Shown here: positions 11,310 to 23,834 of the stretch, piece after piece | How positions within the stretch are numbered: the stretch's first letter is position 1 | Layout: each line of letters starts with the position of its first letter | Source of the DNA: Octopus vulgaris | Lineage: Eukaryota | NCBI GenBank assembly: GCA_951406725.2 | Contig: OX597816.1 | Coordinates: 166,222,001 to 166,286,000 of the forward strand | Direction: 5' to 3' | Length of the DNA: 64,000 nucleotides | Translations under genes and position numbers: made by a program | Notes under the pieces: generated by a model | What the model was told of the DNA's origin: nothing | Databases searched by the model: none | Seen by the model: the letters and a program-made list of their open reading frames with translations, nothing else

Positions 11310-12124
11310 AAATTTGAACTCAGAACGTAAAGATAGACGAAATACCTATTTCTTTACTACCCACAAGGAGCTAAACACAGAGGGGATGAACAAGGACAAT
11401 GCGTTACTGATACTTATTTAATCGACCCCGAAAGGAAGAAAGGCAAAGTGGATCTCGGTGGAATTTGAACTCAGAACGTAACGGCAGACGAAATACCACT
11501 AAGCATTTCGCCCGACGTGCTAACGTTTCTTATTTCTTTATTGCACACAAGGGGCTAAACATAGAGGGGACAAACAAGGACAGACAAAGGGATTAAGTCG
11601 ATTAGATCTACCCCAGTGCATAAATGGTACTTAATTTATCGACCCCGAAAGGATGAAAGGTAAAGTCGACCTCGGCGGAATTTGAACTCAGAACGTAGCG
11701 GCAGACGAAATACCTATGTCTTTTCTACCCACAAGGGGCTAAACAAAAGAGGGACAAACAAGGACAGACAAACGGTTTAAGTCGATTATATCGACCCCAG
11801 TGCGTAACTGGTACTTAATTTATCGACCCCGAAATGATGAAAGGCAAAGTCGACCTTGGCGGAATTTGAACTCAGAACGTAACGGCAGATGAAATACCTA
11901 TTTCTTTACTACCCACAAGGGGCTACACACAGAGAGGACAAACAAGGATAGACAAACGGATTAAGTCGATTATATCGATCCCAGTACGTAACTGGTACTT
12001 ATTTAATCGACCTCGAAGGGATGAAAGGCAAAGTCGACCTAGGCGGAATTTGAACTCAGAACGTAACGGCAGACGAAATACCGCTAAGCATTTCGCCCGG
12101 CGTGCTAACGTTTCTGCCAGCTCG
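11310..12124 (-). mobile_element. tandem multimer of Meta-domain SINE units
   Basis: Same units and junctions as 1121-2282. Confidence 0.85.
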
Positions 12125-12602
12125 TACTACGGGTTTCCGCTCGTACATCAAGACAAAAATTCGCACGGGTCTCGGCTCGTACAGCGAATTACTCGTACAA
12201 TGGGGCACTCGTACTGCGAGGTTCTACCTTATATTATATATGCATATATATAGTTGTGTGATGTGTGTGTGTGTGTGCGTGTGTTTATATTTTATAGACT
12301 GCTTTCATTTTGGTCGCAGCAAATTTAATAATACACCATTAATTTGATAAATATATCGACCTCAAATACAAATCAAAACTGACTTTTAAAATAAGGAAAG
12401 CGTATAAACAAAAGATGGCAAGAAAGCAGAGTGACTTCCCTTAGTTTGTTGTTAGAACGTTGCTTTCAAGAAATTTTCGAACATTCTTGCTGACTTTTTC
12501 AAACGATAGAGAATAAACGCGTAAAAGCAGAGACCAAACAAGATAAGCGAACGCATAGACTATGATGTTAAGGCGAACGCCGAGTCGTTTAAAGTTATTT
12601 GA

Positions 12603-12660
<58 letters not shown>

Positions 12661-12914
12661 TGTGTGTGTGTAAGTGTGTGCGTGTGTGTGTAGTAAGTCT
12701 CTGTTTCAATTTGAACTAGAATTTATTTTTGTTTTATGAATTAAGAAAATTTTCGTAAACGCGAAAAAGGAACTTTCAAATTACATAATGACGTCACTAA
12801 ATTTCTGACCAATGAAATTTTAGATGTTTTTCAAACGGCTTGCAGATGCGAGTGTTACCAGTTGAAAGCCCCCGCATAGTGGAAGCGAACAAGCTTGTAG
12901 GGTCATCAGCAGAT

Positions 12915-13358
12915 CTAAGCTACGGGGATGTAAGCACACTAAAATCGGTTGTCAAGCAATGGTGTGGGGACCAAACACAGACACACAAATACATACATAC
13001 ATACATACATACATACATACATACATACATACTCTTTTACCTGTTTCAGTCATTTGACTGTGGCCATGCTGGAGCACCGCCTTTAGTCGAGCAAATCAAC
13101 CCCAGGACTGTAAGCCTAGTACTTATTCTGTCGGTCTCTTTTGCCGAACCGCAAACATACACACACACACACAAACATATATACACACACACAAACATAT
13201 ATATACACACACACACACACACAAACATATATACACACACACATATATATATATAAATACATACATACATACGACGGGCTTCTTTCAGTTTCCGTCTACC
13301 CAATCCACTCACAAGGCTTTGGATGGCCCGAGGCTATAGTAGAAGACACTTGCCCAAG
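12915..13358 (-). mobile_element. two partial CORE-type SINEs
   Basis: Reverse complement of the 3266-3653 family. Confidence 0.75.
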
Positions 13359-13857
13359 GAAGAGGAATAACTGGCCAGTCTTTCTGACATTTTCTCTTGT
13401 TTGAGGCTAAGGAAAGACAGGTCAGTTATTCCTCTACAGTTTTTTGTAAATTCTTAAATATATCTCCCTCTGTGCATATATATCCTACCAAACAAACATG
13501 ATTTTTATTGAACTCAAAATACTTTTTGAAGTCCCGTTCTGATTACTGTCTTAAATACTTTCTTGGAAACGGTTTTTAACATTTTCTTATTATTATCAAA
13601 TAATGTATATTTGTATTTTAATACTTTTGTGATAACCAGTACTTAACACAACAAAGCTTATACAAAGCTTTACATTTTACTTTTGACAATCTTTTTCTAA
13701 AAATGTGAAACCAGTCAAGTGAATAATTGCATTTTCTCAAACCTTCTTTTCCACTCGTGCGGTACCTTACAACTTTACTTTGTTATATATATATATGTGT
13801 GTGTGTGTGTGTGCGTGTGTGTGTATGTGTGTGTGTTTGTGTGTGTGTGTATGTGTG

Positions 13858-13909
<52 letters not shown>

Positions 13910-14654
13910 CATTGGTCGAGTATATTGGTTGTCAGATAACCTATGAGAACACACGGGTGACACTCCAGATTCGTAAGAGATTCACTTACCCAGAATAAAA
14001 CGTCATTCATTTTTACTATGGTAGATACACACACACACACTCATACATATAGACTTATACTGCCATGTATGTGCGTTCGTGTGTCTGTGTGCGGAGTAAG
14101 AGAAAGTGTGTGAGAGAGAGAGAGAGACGGAGAGAGAAAGAAAGCGAGCGAGCGAGAGAGAGAGAGAGAGAGAGAGAAGAGAAAGAAAGATTTATAAAAC
14201 ACCTGTTTCACTGTTCCATTATCAGCTTTAGGTTTCTAAGTCTGTTACAAATATTTAATTGGTCTTTTGAGTACATCTTCCTTTATTTTAGGTTCCTCTC
14301 CCTGCTTCATTTTACACATCCTCTCCCACTTTCATTGCTCTGTACCAAATATTTTTTTCTTCCCACCACTTGCACCCCACCAACAACACAACAACATATC
14401 AGTTACGGACATCTGTCTTTTTCCTCCCTTGGGCGTGTAACTGATATCTCATACGAGATCTAATATCGTTTATCTGCTTTCGTTGATTTTATCAGCTTCA
14501 AGCAACATGTACATCAAATATTACGTATATCTCTGGTGTTTATTTTACGCGTGCATATTTACGTTCCCGACTATGGTCACCACACAATATGAAATTAACC
14601 GCGGAACTCGAAGCTGTCCATCGAAGCTCCAAAAAGAAAATCGTCGCAATGCAA

Positions 14655-15155
14655 CGCATCAGCTGCTTGGAAAGACTGGAAGAATTAAAACTCTTCTCCC
14701 TAGAATGAAGGCGGGAAAGATATGCAGTGATATACATCTGGAAAATCCCGGAAAGCCTTGCACCAAACTTTGGCATTGGAAGTTACACAAACAGAAGAAC
14801 GGGGCGTCACTGCACAATGAAAAATATCTAGCATTTCTATCAAAATATAGGACCAGATACTGCAACAGCGTGGGTTTCAAGGACTCACAGGTCTTCAATA
14901 TCCTTCCAAATGCCTGAGAGACCTGCAAGGTGTAGATGTAGGTGTCTTCAAAACGAAGCTGGACTTCTTCCTGTCAAGGGTTCCAGATGAGCCTATCTCA
15001 CGGTAGGAAACACAGATGAGGAGAACAGCATCACACTCATTCATTCACCAAATACCACAAATCAGATGAGGTTTCAAATAATGGTGTAGCACAGTCAACG
15101 GTGGTACTCCAGCATGACCACAGCTTTGAGATTGAAACAGTTTAAAGATTTAAGG
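14655..15155 (+). mobile_element. CR1-group LINE 3' fragment (degraded)
   Basis: LERLEELKLFSLE*RRERYAVIYIWK ... VFNILP ... FKTKLDFFLSRVPDEP, followed by a 3' UTR resembling the CORE-SINE tail. Confidence 0.75.
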
Positions 15156-15371
15156 ATATATCTTTACCCACACTGGAGTAAGCATTACTGATGAGCGTTA
15201 ATTTCCTTGCGAAATAAGCATGCCAATTTAATGCCACACGCTTGCGTTGGGAGGTTATCTCCCTTGTCAGTAAATAGAGCATGTACTTCTATGCCTAAAG
15301 AGTCTTTTACTCCTAGTTCTAGCAATGTTAGTGCTCCCTGCACCTTTTGTCACGTTTTAGTGACGGGGAAT

Positions 15372-15402
<31 letters not shown>

Positions 15403-15484
15403 ATGGATATATTTACGCATATATGTATATATACATATATGTATATATACATATATGTATGTACAAATATGTATGTGTGTGTGT

Positions 15485-15727
15485 ATTGTTATATTTCGGG
15501 ATGGTCATATTTTTCTTCTTGCCAAATAAATACTCGCACTATACATTCGTCCCTGGACTAAACAGTACAAGAGGATACACATGAATGGAAGAGTTGCTGA
15601 AGAGGTCACAGATGTGTGATGAAAAATTTCCAGACAATGGCCATAAGATAAAATTAGAACAATAATAAATGGTGCGTGTGTTTATTTGGCAAAAAGACAA
15701 AATATGACCATCCCGAAATATAACAAT
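15485..15727. mobile_element. short element with about 55-bp terminal inverted repeats
   Basis: ATTGTTATATTTCGGGATGGTCATATTTT ... AAAATATGACCATCCCGAAATATAACAAT. Confidence 0.8.
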
Positions 15728-15863
15728 GTCTGTTTCAAGACAAGGTTTCACATCAGGAATCTTTCAAAACAAATTCTTAGACATATGTGTGTATATGTGT
15801 GCATGTGTATGTGAACGACGGATTTGGAGTCTCTTTCTGATGAAAGGTAACGAGAGTTGTAGC

Positions 15864-15923
<60 letters not shown>

Positions 15924-16084
15924 TGCAGGAGGAGGTGGAGCAGCAGCAGTAGCAGCATCACCAGCATATGTTAATGTGTACATGCGCTTATGTATTTCTA
16001 TAGGTGCGCATTAATTGTATATACACACATCTCATGCCCTTAAAATCCCAATTACCTGTTACACTTCCGGTTAGTCAGAGGTCG

Positions 16085-16300
16085 AACACGAGAGCCTATT
16101 CTATGTGCGTTTTTCCTCGTTCTCTTCCTTTTTATTTCTTTTCTGCTTTTCTTTCTCTTCAGTTTTCCCTAGACATTCCTCTAGTATCTGATGAAGTACA
16201 ATGTCCGAAACGTTAAACGTCTTACTCTTTCCTTTCTTTCTTGAATGACAGACTAATAATATTAACTGAGAGCGTCTCTTGTAATGTTTTATTATTATTA
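16085..16300 (+). mobile_element. Penelope-type terminal module with minimal hammerhead motif
   Basis: CTGATGA-AGTACAATGTCC-GAAA-CG-TT-AAAC at 16188-16218. Confidence 0.55.
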
Positions 16301-16694
16301 GAAACACTAGCTATGAGAAACTGCACAAAAATGTAAACATATTTCTTGTATACTTTTCTTATGTTGGAGGGAAAAGCGATGCCTGCTGACGGACCGTTTC
16401 ATGGTTTGTTGACCGCTCTTCTCTTCAGAGATCATTCTTCATCGTTTTCGCAGTATTTGTCAGAAGTGGTGTATCAGCAGAAAGATGCTGAAAGGACACA
16501 TGTACCATGGTGGCAGGTTGGGGTGGGTGGGTGGTAAGTTACTTTCGTTTTTTTTTTTTTTAGAATAAAAGCGCGTGTGTCAGAGAATTTTGTGATACAA
16601 AACGGTTTTGAAACGTTTCTACTTTGATTTAACATTGCATCGAAACATTTCCGGTGAGGTTGGTGAAATCGGTTGATGCATGACATGTGGATAC

Positions 16695-16803
<109 letters not shown>

Positions 16804-16812
16804 CGTGTGTGT

Positions 16813-17135
16813 GAAGGCGCATGGCTTAGTGTTTTAGGGCATTCGGCTCACGATTGTAAAGTCGTGATTTCAATTCCAGGCGACACGTCTCCTTGAGCAA
16901 GACAGTTTACTTACACGTTGCTCCAGTCCACTCAGCTGGCAAAAATGAGTTGTTGTACCTGTATTTCAAAGGGCCAGCCTTGTCCCACTCTGTGTCACGC
17001 TGAATCTCCCTGAGAACTACGTTAGGGGTACACGTGTCTGTGGATTACTCAGTCACTTACACGTTAATTTCATGAGCAAGCTGTTCCGTTGATCGGATCA
17101 CTAGAACCCTCGTCGTCGTAACCGACGGAGTGCTC
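16813..17135 (+). mobile_element. tRNA-derived CORE SINE
   Basis: GAAGGCGCATGGCTTAGTG head, CCTTGAGCAAGAC core, CGTAACCGACGGAGTGC end. Confidence 0.85.
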
Positions 17136-17280
17136 CTATCATATATATATATACTCACTTAGAAACTAAACTAGTTGTGAGTCTGACAGCTGGAAAGAAA
17201 AATCTTGTAATATTCCAATTGAGAGACCCGTTTTTTCACATATTATGGACGTTCGTTCACGCATAAGCAACTTCTGGCTA

Positions 17281-17470
17281 CTTGACCCCAGTGCGTAACT
17301 GGTACTTAATTTATTGACCCTGAAAGGATGAAAGGCAAAGTCGACCTCGGCGGAATTTGAACACGCAACGTAACGACAGACGAAATACCTATTTTTTTAC
17401 TACCCACATGGGGCTAAACACAGAGAGGACAAACAAGGACAAACACACGGATTAAGTCGATTATATCAAC
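17281..17470 (-). mobile_element. Meta-domain SINE fragment
   Basis: Same unit as 1121-2282. Confidence 0.8.
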
Positions 17471-17489
17471 ACCATACCGAAGAAGATAC

Positions 17490-18455
17490 ACAGGCTATAA
17501 TGGAGCTCTTTTCTAGAGCATACACTACTTTTGGAGTTACCATCTGAAGAAGACAACGGTCGTGTTCCTCAGCCTCCTAGCCATCCCAATGTCGAACCTA
17601 ACATCGTCCAGGGTAAAAGATTGGTTGTGGTCGAATCTTTCGTCTACCTTGGTAGTAGTACTCTGTAGAGATGGATCCCTTGATTCTGAAATAAATCTGA
17701 GAATAAAAAAAAACCAGCAACGCATTTGGAAGGTTCGAAAATCGTATGTGATCTGACAGAGTTATCACTCTGAAAGCCAAGCTCAGAAGCTATGATTCAT
17801 GCGTCTAAACTTCTCTTTTATACTCTTTTAAAACCCGGAATACCTATTGTCATCGCATCGTGGTTTTGGGAAAATTTAATCGAACTTGCCTTCGGAGGAT
17901 CTTAAACATCAAACGGCAGTCTCTAACACCAAGCATCGTTGTTCTTTTGCAAACCAGTTGATCTAGTACTGAAATGTTACTCATACACAATCCGATGCGT
18001 TTTACTGTGCACCTTAGTAGCATGCAGAATGACAGGTTACCAAAGCCGTTGTTTTAGGTGGAGTTGCAACGTAATAAACGTCCGAGACTTGAAGCTAAGA
18101 AAGGTTTTAGGGATGCTACCAAAGGCAACGTTAAGGCTCTTATTGTGAATGTTGAAGATTGGGTGCAGATGATGGAAGATTAATCGGTTTGGAAAGATGT
18201 TATCTACTATGGTTATAAAACACTTGAAACACAGAGAATCGAACAATCTATCTTGAAGCGAGCACTTCGTAAATAGAATTTGATTTCAATCCCAGACACT
18301 TTTATCCACGGAAATGATTGTAACATCTGCAGTCGGATCAGTTTGTCCAAAGCTGGAATTGCTATTCATATGAGATCTCATGACGGCATTTACTAATTGA
18401 AGAGATGGCTTTCTTCTGTGAAGGAGAGGTAATCATTATGTATGTATGTATGTAT
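17490..18455 (+). mobile_element. degraded RTE-clade LINE 3' portion
   Basis: Frameshifted FVYLGS / RDGSLDSEINLRIKK / RLPK motifs, a terminal CNICSRISLSKAGIAIHMRSH zinc finger, then a short 3' UTR and (TATG)n tail. Confidence 0.75.
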
Positions 18456-18456
18456 A

Positions 18457-18790
18457 TGTGTAAAGCTGGACTCAAGAGTCATCTTCGTAGTCATAAAACG
18501 AGACAGACGAGTGACAACCTGGCCACTTGTGGTGGTGTAACACACCATACTAATCATATCTGTCGGGCATGTGGAAGAGAGTGTAATTCGGTAGGAGGAC
18601 TTAAACGACATGCAAAGGTACATGAAGCCCAGTTACAACTACAGCCGGCTATTACCGGTAAATGTTTTAGTTGGCAATTCTGTACAAGACATTGTAGATC
18701 TTTAGCTGGGCTAAAGAGTCACATTCGATCACAGCACCAGTAACAGTTAAACTTCGTGCAATGGCCATACTTGATAACGAGGGGGCAGCC

Positions 18791-18792
<2 letters not shown>
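18457..18792 (+). mobile_element. 5'-truncated second RTE copy encoding C-terminal C2H2 fingers, with (TAA)n tail
   Basis: CKAGLKSHLRSH, CRACGRECNSVGGLKRHAKVH and FCTRHCRSLAGLKSHIRSQH*, then the RTE 3' UTR. Confidence 0.75.
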
Positions 18793-18865
<73 letters not shown>

Positions 18866-19676
18866 TATTAATGTATGTATGCATGCATGCATGTATGTAT
18901 GTATGTATGTATGTATGTATGTATGTATGTATGTATGTATGTATGTATGTATGTATGTATGTATGTATGTGCGTATATGTATGTATGTATTTATGTATGT
19001 AACATCTGTTATATACTCCGTAAAGTCCCAAAGTAAAATACTCTCACACATAACCATGATCATCCTTATGTAGTTCTTTCAGAAAACCACGACATTAAGA
19101 ACAATGAAATCTACAACCAAATGATTTAATGGGTTTGTGATACGAAAAAGAGTCAACGACAAGAGAAGGAAATACACAACAGAAACATAGAATATCCCAT
19201 CCTCAGCTGCCCGATCGGATATCTTCATTGTTTTGACATCAATGGCATTCCACTCTATTTGACGGAGTCAAGAGCATCAAAAACATGTTAATGCTACCGC
19301 AGAACATAGAGACAAAATGTTCCTTGTTTCTGCCTTAAACAAGAGAGACAGAGATAGGCAGAAACAAGGAAAATGTCCCTTGTATTTAAATACTATGCAA
19401 ATATTCTTTTAAATAATTTTTCATTCAATTTAATTTTTCCAAAATTTAATTGTTTTCCATACTTATAGCTGAAAAAGTCTCAATGACTGAAACCAGTACT
19501 GATATGTTTTTTATAAAATTATTTTAGCATTTTTTTCCCTTGACTTTTTTCCACACACACAAACACACGCACGCACGCACACACACACACACACACATAT
19601 ATATATAATTAAAAGAACATGGAGAATTTGTACACAGAGTAATCGATATATCTATAATAATAGTAGTCAATTCATG

Positions 19677-19773
19677 TTGCCTACGCGCGTTTCGGTTTTA
19701 ATTACTTAAATCCATATAAGGCAATTAAATTGCATTATGAATTTTAAAAAAGCAAAGCCTTTCGTCAAGGCAA
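19677..19773 (-). ncRNA. minimal type-I hammerhead ribozyme motif (slightly degenerate)
   Basis: TTGCC-TTGACGA-AA-GGCTTT...AAAACC-GAAAC-GCGC-GTA-GGCAA. Stem I is 5 bp; C3 is replaced by U. Confidence 0.55.
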
Positions 19774-20469
19774 GAGTTTATTAAATTAGAATTTTTTTCC
19801 TTCATTCTCAACGGATGGAGAGTTCATTCTAATTGACTTGTGTGTGCGTCTTGGATTCCGTTCTAAAAATAGGAAGAGGCTGATTTTGATCTCACTGGAC
19901 TAGGGATAGGCATTGTTCAGAAGAACTAGGTCATATTACTATCCACCCCTTTTAAAGGCGCAAAATGACGGCTTTTAACAAGCTGGTCATTTATCATTAT
20001 CTCTAAAATACATTCCTCCTTAACTGTATATGTTTATATACCTCCCATTACCACTTTGTACTATCTATCCTGTTCACAATATATTTAAAGGTTCTTATTT
20101 ACTGGTAAAATATCAATCTATGTATGCACTTATTTGTTATCACTTATTTATTTTTTGTTTATTCTTACTGTAAAAAGTTATATTAGTTGTTACTAATATA
20201 AATTATTTATTTAAATATATTTTTAGATAGTTTAGGTTCGTAGCTATACTTGTCTATTTAATTAATGGTATAGATGTACGATTCTCATTTATTATGTACA
20301 CACTGTTTATTTTTATCTAAATTTATTTAATTACAAAAAAAGTATATTTAACTTAGGAACGTAGATGTTGTGAAAGAAAAAGCATGCATTTTTCTTTCTC
20401 TCTATTTTGGAACATATGCATGTATGTATGTTTGTATGTATGTATGTATGTATATATATATATAAACTG

Positions 20470-20778
20470 AGTCTCTGTCGACGAACAAGGGTTCCATTTG
20501 ATCCGCTCAACCAAACAGCCTACTCGTTAAATTAACGTGCTGAGCGCTCTACAGACACGCGTACCTTTAACGTAGTTCTCAAGGAGTTTCAGCGTAACAC
20601 AGAATGTGACGAGGTTGGCCCTTGGAAATACAGATACTACTCATTTTTGCCAGCTCAGTAAACTGGAGCAATGTTAAAAAAAGTACCTTGCTCAAGGATA
20701 CAACGCACCACCAGTAACCGAACTTATGACCTTACCCTTGTGAGTCGAATGCACTAACCACTAAGCCACGCACCTTCA
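20470..20778 (-). mobile_element. tRNA-derived CORE SINE
   Basis: Reverse complement of the 16813-17135 family. Confidence 0.75.
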
Positions 20779-21070
20779 CACACACACACACACACGCATG
20801 CATACATATAAGCAAATATATATATATATACATGTTCCGTTATTTGGTGGTATCAACAAAATGTAGACCACCCAGTGAAAGATAAATATTATTTAATGCA
20901 CACAGGATTTCTGTTCGAGTTACTATTAGTTTCATGCATCCGAAGAGTGCCGTGTATTTTCAAGCAACTATTCAAACACAAAATACAAGGCCGCTCTTTG
21001 ATAATACACTGTACACTGTTCATGTTTTAGTATGATTAAAGTATATTATGTCAAAGTACATTACAGGTTA

Positions 21071-21159
<89 letters not shown>

Positions 21160-21176
21160 AAAGTTTGCGTACGCCG

Positions 21177-21237
<61 letters not shown>

Positions 21238-21241
<4 letters not shown>

Positions 21242-21545
21242 GCAAAATGGGACAAGAACGCAAAACATCCGAACAACTAGGTGATACAAAAAGAGACAAC
21301 AAAACGTCCAGATAGACGATACAAAAAAAAAAAAAGAACAAGGACGGGTCATTTGAAGCCTTTTATCCTCAGTCAAGAACCGGACCATCCTCGCAATTTC
21401 GGCTGATTAATCTTGAGATTGCTCCAATCTCGTCAGCCCCAAGGAAAAACTAAGCTAAGAGCATTAGGTTCCTTGGAAAAATAGCATCGAATGTATACGA
21501 AAACAAGAACGGAAAAACAGACGATGTTACACGAATATAAAAACA
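21238..21545 (-). mobile_element. probable Penelope-type terminal fragment
   Basis: The minus strand has CTGACGA-GATTGGAGCAATC...GAAA and a second CTGAGGA box; the fragment lies next to (TA)n. Confidence 0.45.
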
Positions 21546-21804
21546 AAAATACAATAAATATATACACATGTATATATAGATTAATTCTATTCATAGTACA
21601 TGTCGGGATCTATCACAAAGCCGGAATACTTCTGGTGTAGAAAATCTAAATTTCACAACGATTATACTGTCATATGGTTTGGCGAGGAGTGAAATTGTAA
21701 TACCCTTCAAGTACAAAGACTTAACATTCCTCTCATTCACATATATTGCAATGTTCCAAACAAATTACAATATTCTATATTCTTTACTTATAATTAAATT
21801 CTTC

Positions 21805-21855
<51 letters not shown>

Positions 21856-21859
<4 letters not shown>

Positions 21860-23103
21860 ACGGTTTAGCTGGTGCATTTCCCGGTGACCCACATTGGAAT
21901 TATGGTTCCGGCATGTCTAGTAGAAAAGTGACAGTCTTTTGTTTAATGGAGGACTAATGGGTTTTGGAATGACCTGTGACCTTGTGCGGGTGAATTAGGG
22001 GTCGCTCTGGGCACCCCTTGAAGAAGTGAAGAGGAGGACAGATTAAGGGAATCTAAGAGCAGATGGAGAGGGTATTGACAGTAGGAGAGAAGGACAGGCA
22101 GAGAGTTTGGTAGAGCTGTCATGAGAGAGATAGAGTATAAGACTAAGGGACAGATAGAGAGGCTAAGGGACAGTAGGCGATATAGATAGAGTAAGGAATC
22201 AGATAGCAAATAGAAAGACTATAGGTGGTAGAACAGAGGGAGATGAGGGAGTGGAAGAAGGACAGAGACGAAGTGAGGTCGGGCAGTCGTTGAGCGGTCG
22301 TCGAAGAACACAGACGGATCTTGCGGTCGCTGGCCGGTCCTCGAGGAAGACAGACGGACTCTGGAGGTCAGAGCGAGTGGATGGAACCTTGGATTTAAGG
22401 AGCAAGCGTTGGAATTCCTGGGAGCGAGCTGGGATGCGAGGAGGCCTAGGAGCAAGCGATTGGAATATGCACAGAGGGGAATTGGCAGAGTATTCAGAGG
22501 ATTTAGCAGTATTAAGAGATGAGTGCAGAATGGGACACTGGCGATTCAGTTAGGAATTGAGGTATGTGTTGATGTGACTTAATCTGTGGTGTTTAAAAAG
22601 AAGGACTCTGTCGATGTAGTCGATAAAGAACATTGTGAATTGAGTAAAGGACTTGTTGAATTGTAACGTGAATTGTTGTGATACGAACATTGTATAATGT
22701 ATCGAAGTGTTCTGATTGGACTGTGACGTATCGTGAACATTATTTGATCTGGACTTGTTGTGTCGTTACTGAACACTGTTATATTGTTACATGCATGTTG
22801 TTAAATGCTTTGATCTGTGGTATACCGTATGATGTATTGATTTGTTGTTTGCCTTAAATGTATTTGATGTGTAGCAATTGATTGTCGTATAAACTGTTGT
22901 TTGAATATAAGCCAGTGTTGCCAGTTGTTGCCTTGCCTCTTTGGGTTGTATCTCGGGTTGTGCCTCTGTATCTCTGTGCTGTTGAGGTTGTGGCAGTATC
23001 TATCTGTATCTCCTCTCTCCGCCTCTTTGGGTTCCGTGGCGGAACTTGTGTGTGAGCCGTTCGGGAGCGGCGACGACGGGCGATTCCAGTCCGTTCCGTA
23101 ACA
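21856..23103 (+). repeat. 5' LTR
   Basis: Direct repeat of 24768-26015 (offset 2912) with 8-bp terminal inverted ends. Confidence 0.95.
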
Positions 23104-23105
23104 AC

Positions 23106-23123
23106 TGGTGTCAGAAGTGGGAT
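23106..23123 (+). promoter_or_regulatory. primer binding site (tRNA-Leu)
   Basis: TGGTGTCAGAAGTGGGAT, 2 nt after the LTR, complementary to the tRNA-Leu 3' end ATCCCACTTCTGACACCA. Confidence 0.9.
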
Positions 23124-23162
23124 TGTCCTGATTGCTGCATTTCGATCGTTTCTTTTTTCGCT

Positions 23163-23834
23163 ATGGATTTGTCTGGTTGTCAGACCGGAGACGAGGAGAT
23201 TTCGCTTGCTCTGATTGTGGAGATGTTAAGGGACCAGATGGCGCAGACGGACGCGCTCGTGGAGAGAATGGACAGGAGGCGACAGGGCCTGTGGGCAGAT
23301 CAGCGGGAGCTTGAGGTTTTGGATGGGTCAGCTTTGGAGGATCGGTGTTGGACCGAGGATAGCGACGGTCCTGTGGGCAGAGATTGCCCGTCGAACGAAG
23401 CATCGAGAGAAGCGGAACCTGGGCTGGTTGCCGAAATTTGTGACGCTGTACCCAAGAAATCTTGTGATTTGGAACCCGTAGAGGTTGAAGTAACCAAAAG
23501 GCCTGTTGAAGGTGTTATGGCTGATGCTGTTGTTCCGTGTCTGGGGCCCTTGGCATCTCGACCCCTGTCTCTCGGAGCTCGGGACGAAGAGCTGGCGAGG
23601 GCTGGGGCGAATGTCGCTGAGTCCGAGGTTCCGGCTCTGTGTGTGATGGTCGCGGCAGGTGCTATGCCGTGTGCGGGTCCTTTGGTGTCTGGACCCCTGT
23701 CTCTTGGGGCCCAGAGGGACTGTATGGTTCCCACTGTGGAGAGGCCACAGGCGTGGATGGACTGGCGGCCGAGCGTGCGTGTTGTGAGGCCTGCGGTACG
23801 GAAGCTGGTGAGGAAAAAGGACCAGGCCCGTTGA
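23163..23834 (+). CDS. gag-position ORF (223 aa) of the LTR element
   Basis: ATG 40 nt after the PBS; helical, charged N-terminus; internal repeat PCLGPLASRPLSLGA / PCAGPLVSGPLSLGA. No recognisable capsid or CCHC motif. Confidence 0.5.
   Translation: MDLSGCQTGDEEISLALIVEMLRDQMAQTDALVERMDRRRQGLWADQRELEVLDGSALEDRCWTEDSDGPVGRDCPSNEASREAEPGLVAEICDAVPKKSCDLEPVEVEVTKRPVEGVMADAVVPCLGPLASRPLSLGARDEELARAGANVAESEVPALCVMVAAGAMPCAGPLVSGPLSLGAQRDCMVPTVERPQAWMDWRPSVRVVRPAVRKLVRKKDQAR

Noticed and set aside
12789-12813. TGACGTCA plus CCAAT as a promoter for the transporter's missing first exon
   Set aside because: Short motifs are expected by chance, and I found no convincing exon or donor site; CAGE or RNA-seq would be needed.
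15188-15225. CTGATGA-GCG...TGC-GAAA hammerhead-like motif
   Set aside because: No helix I, and the cleavage position would be G.
18405-18743. Host C2H2 zinc-finger gene
   Set aside because: The ORF start runs through an RTE tail microsatellite, it lacks TGEKP linkers, and it ends in an RTE 3' UTR.
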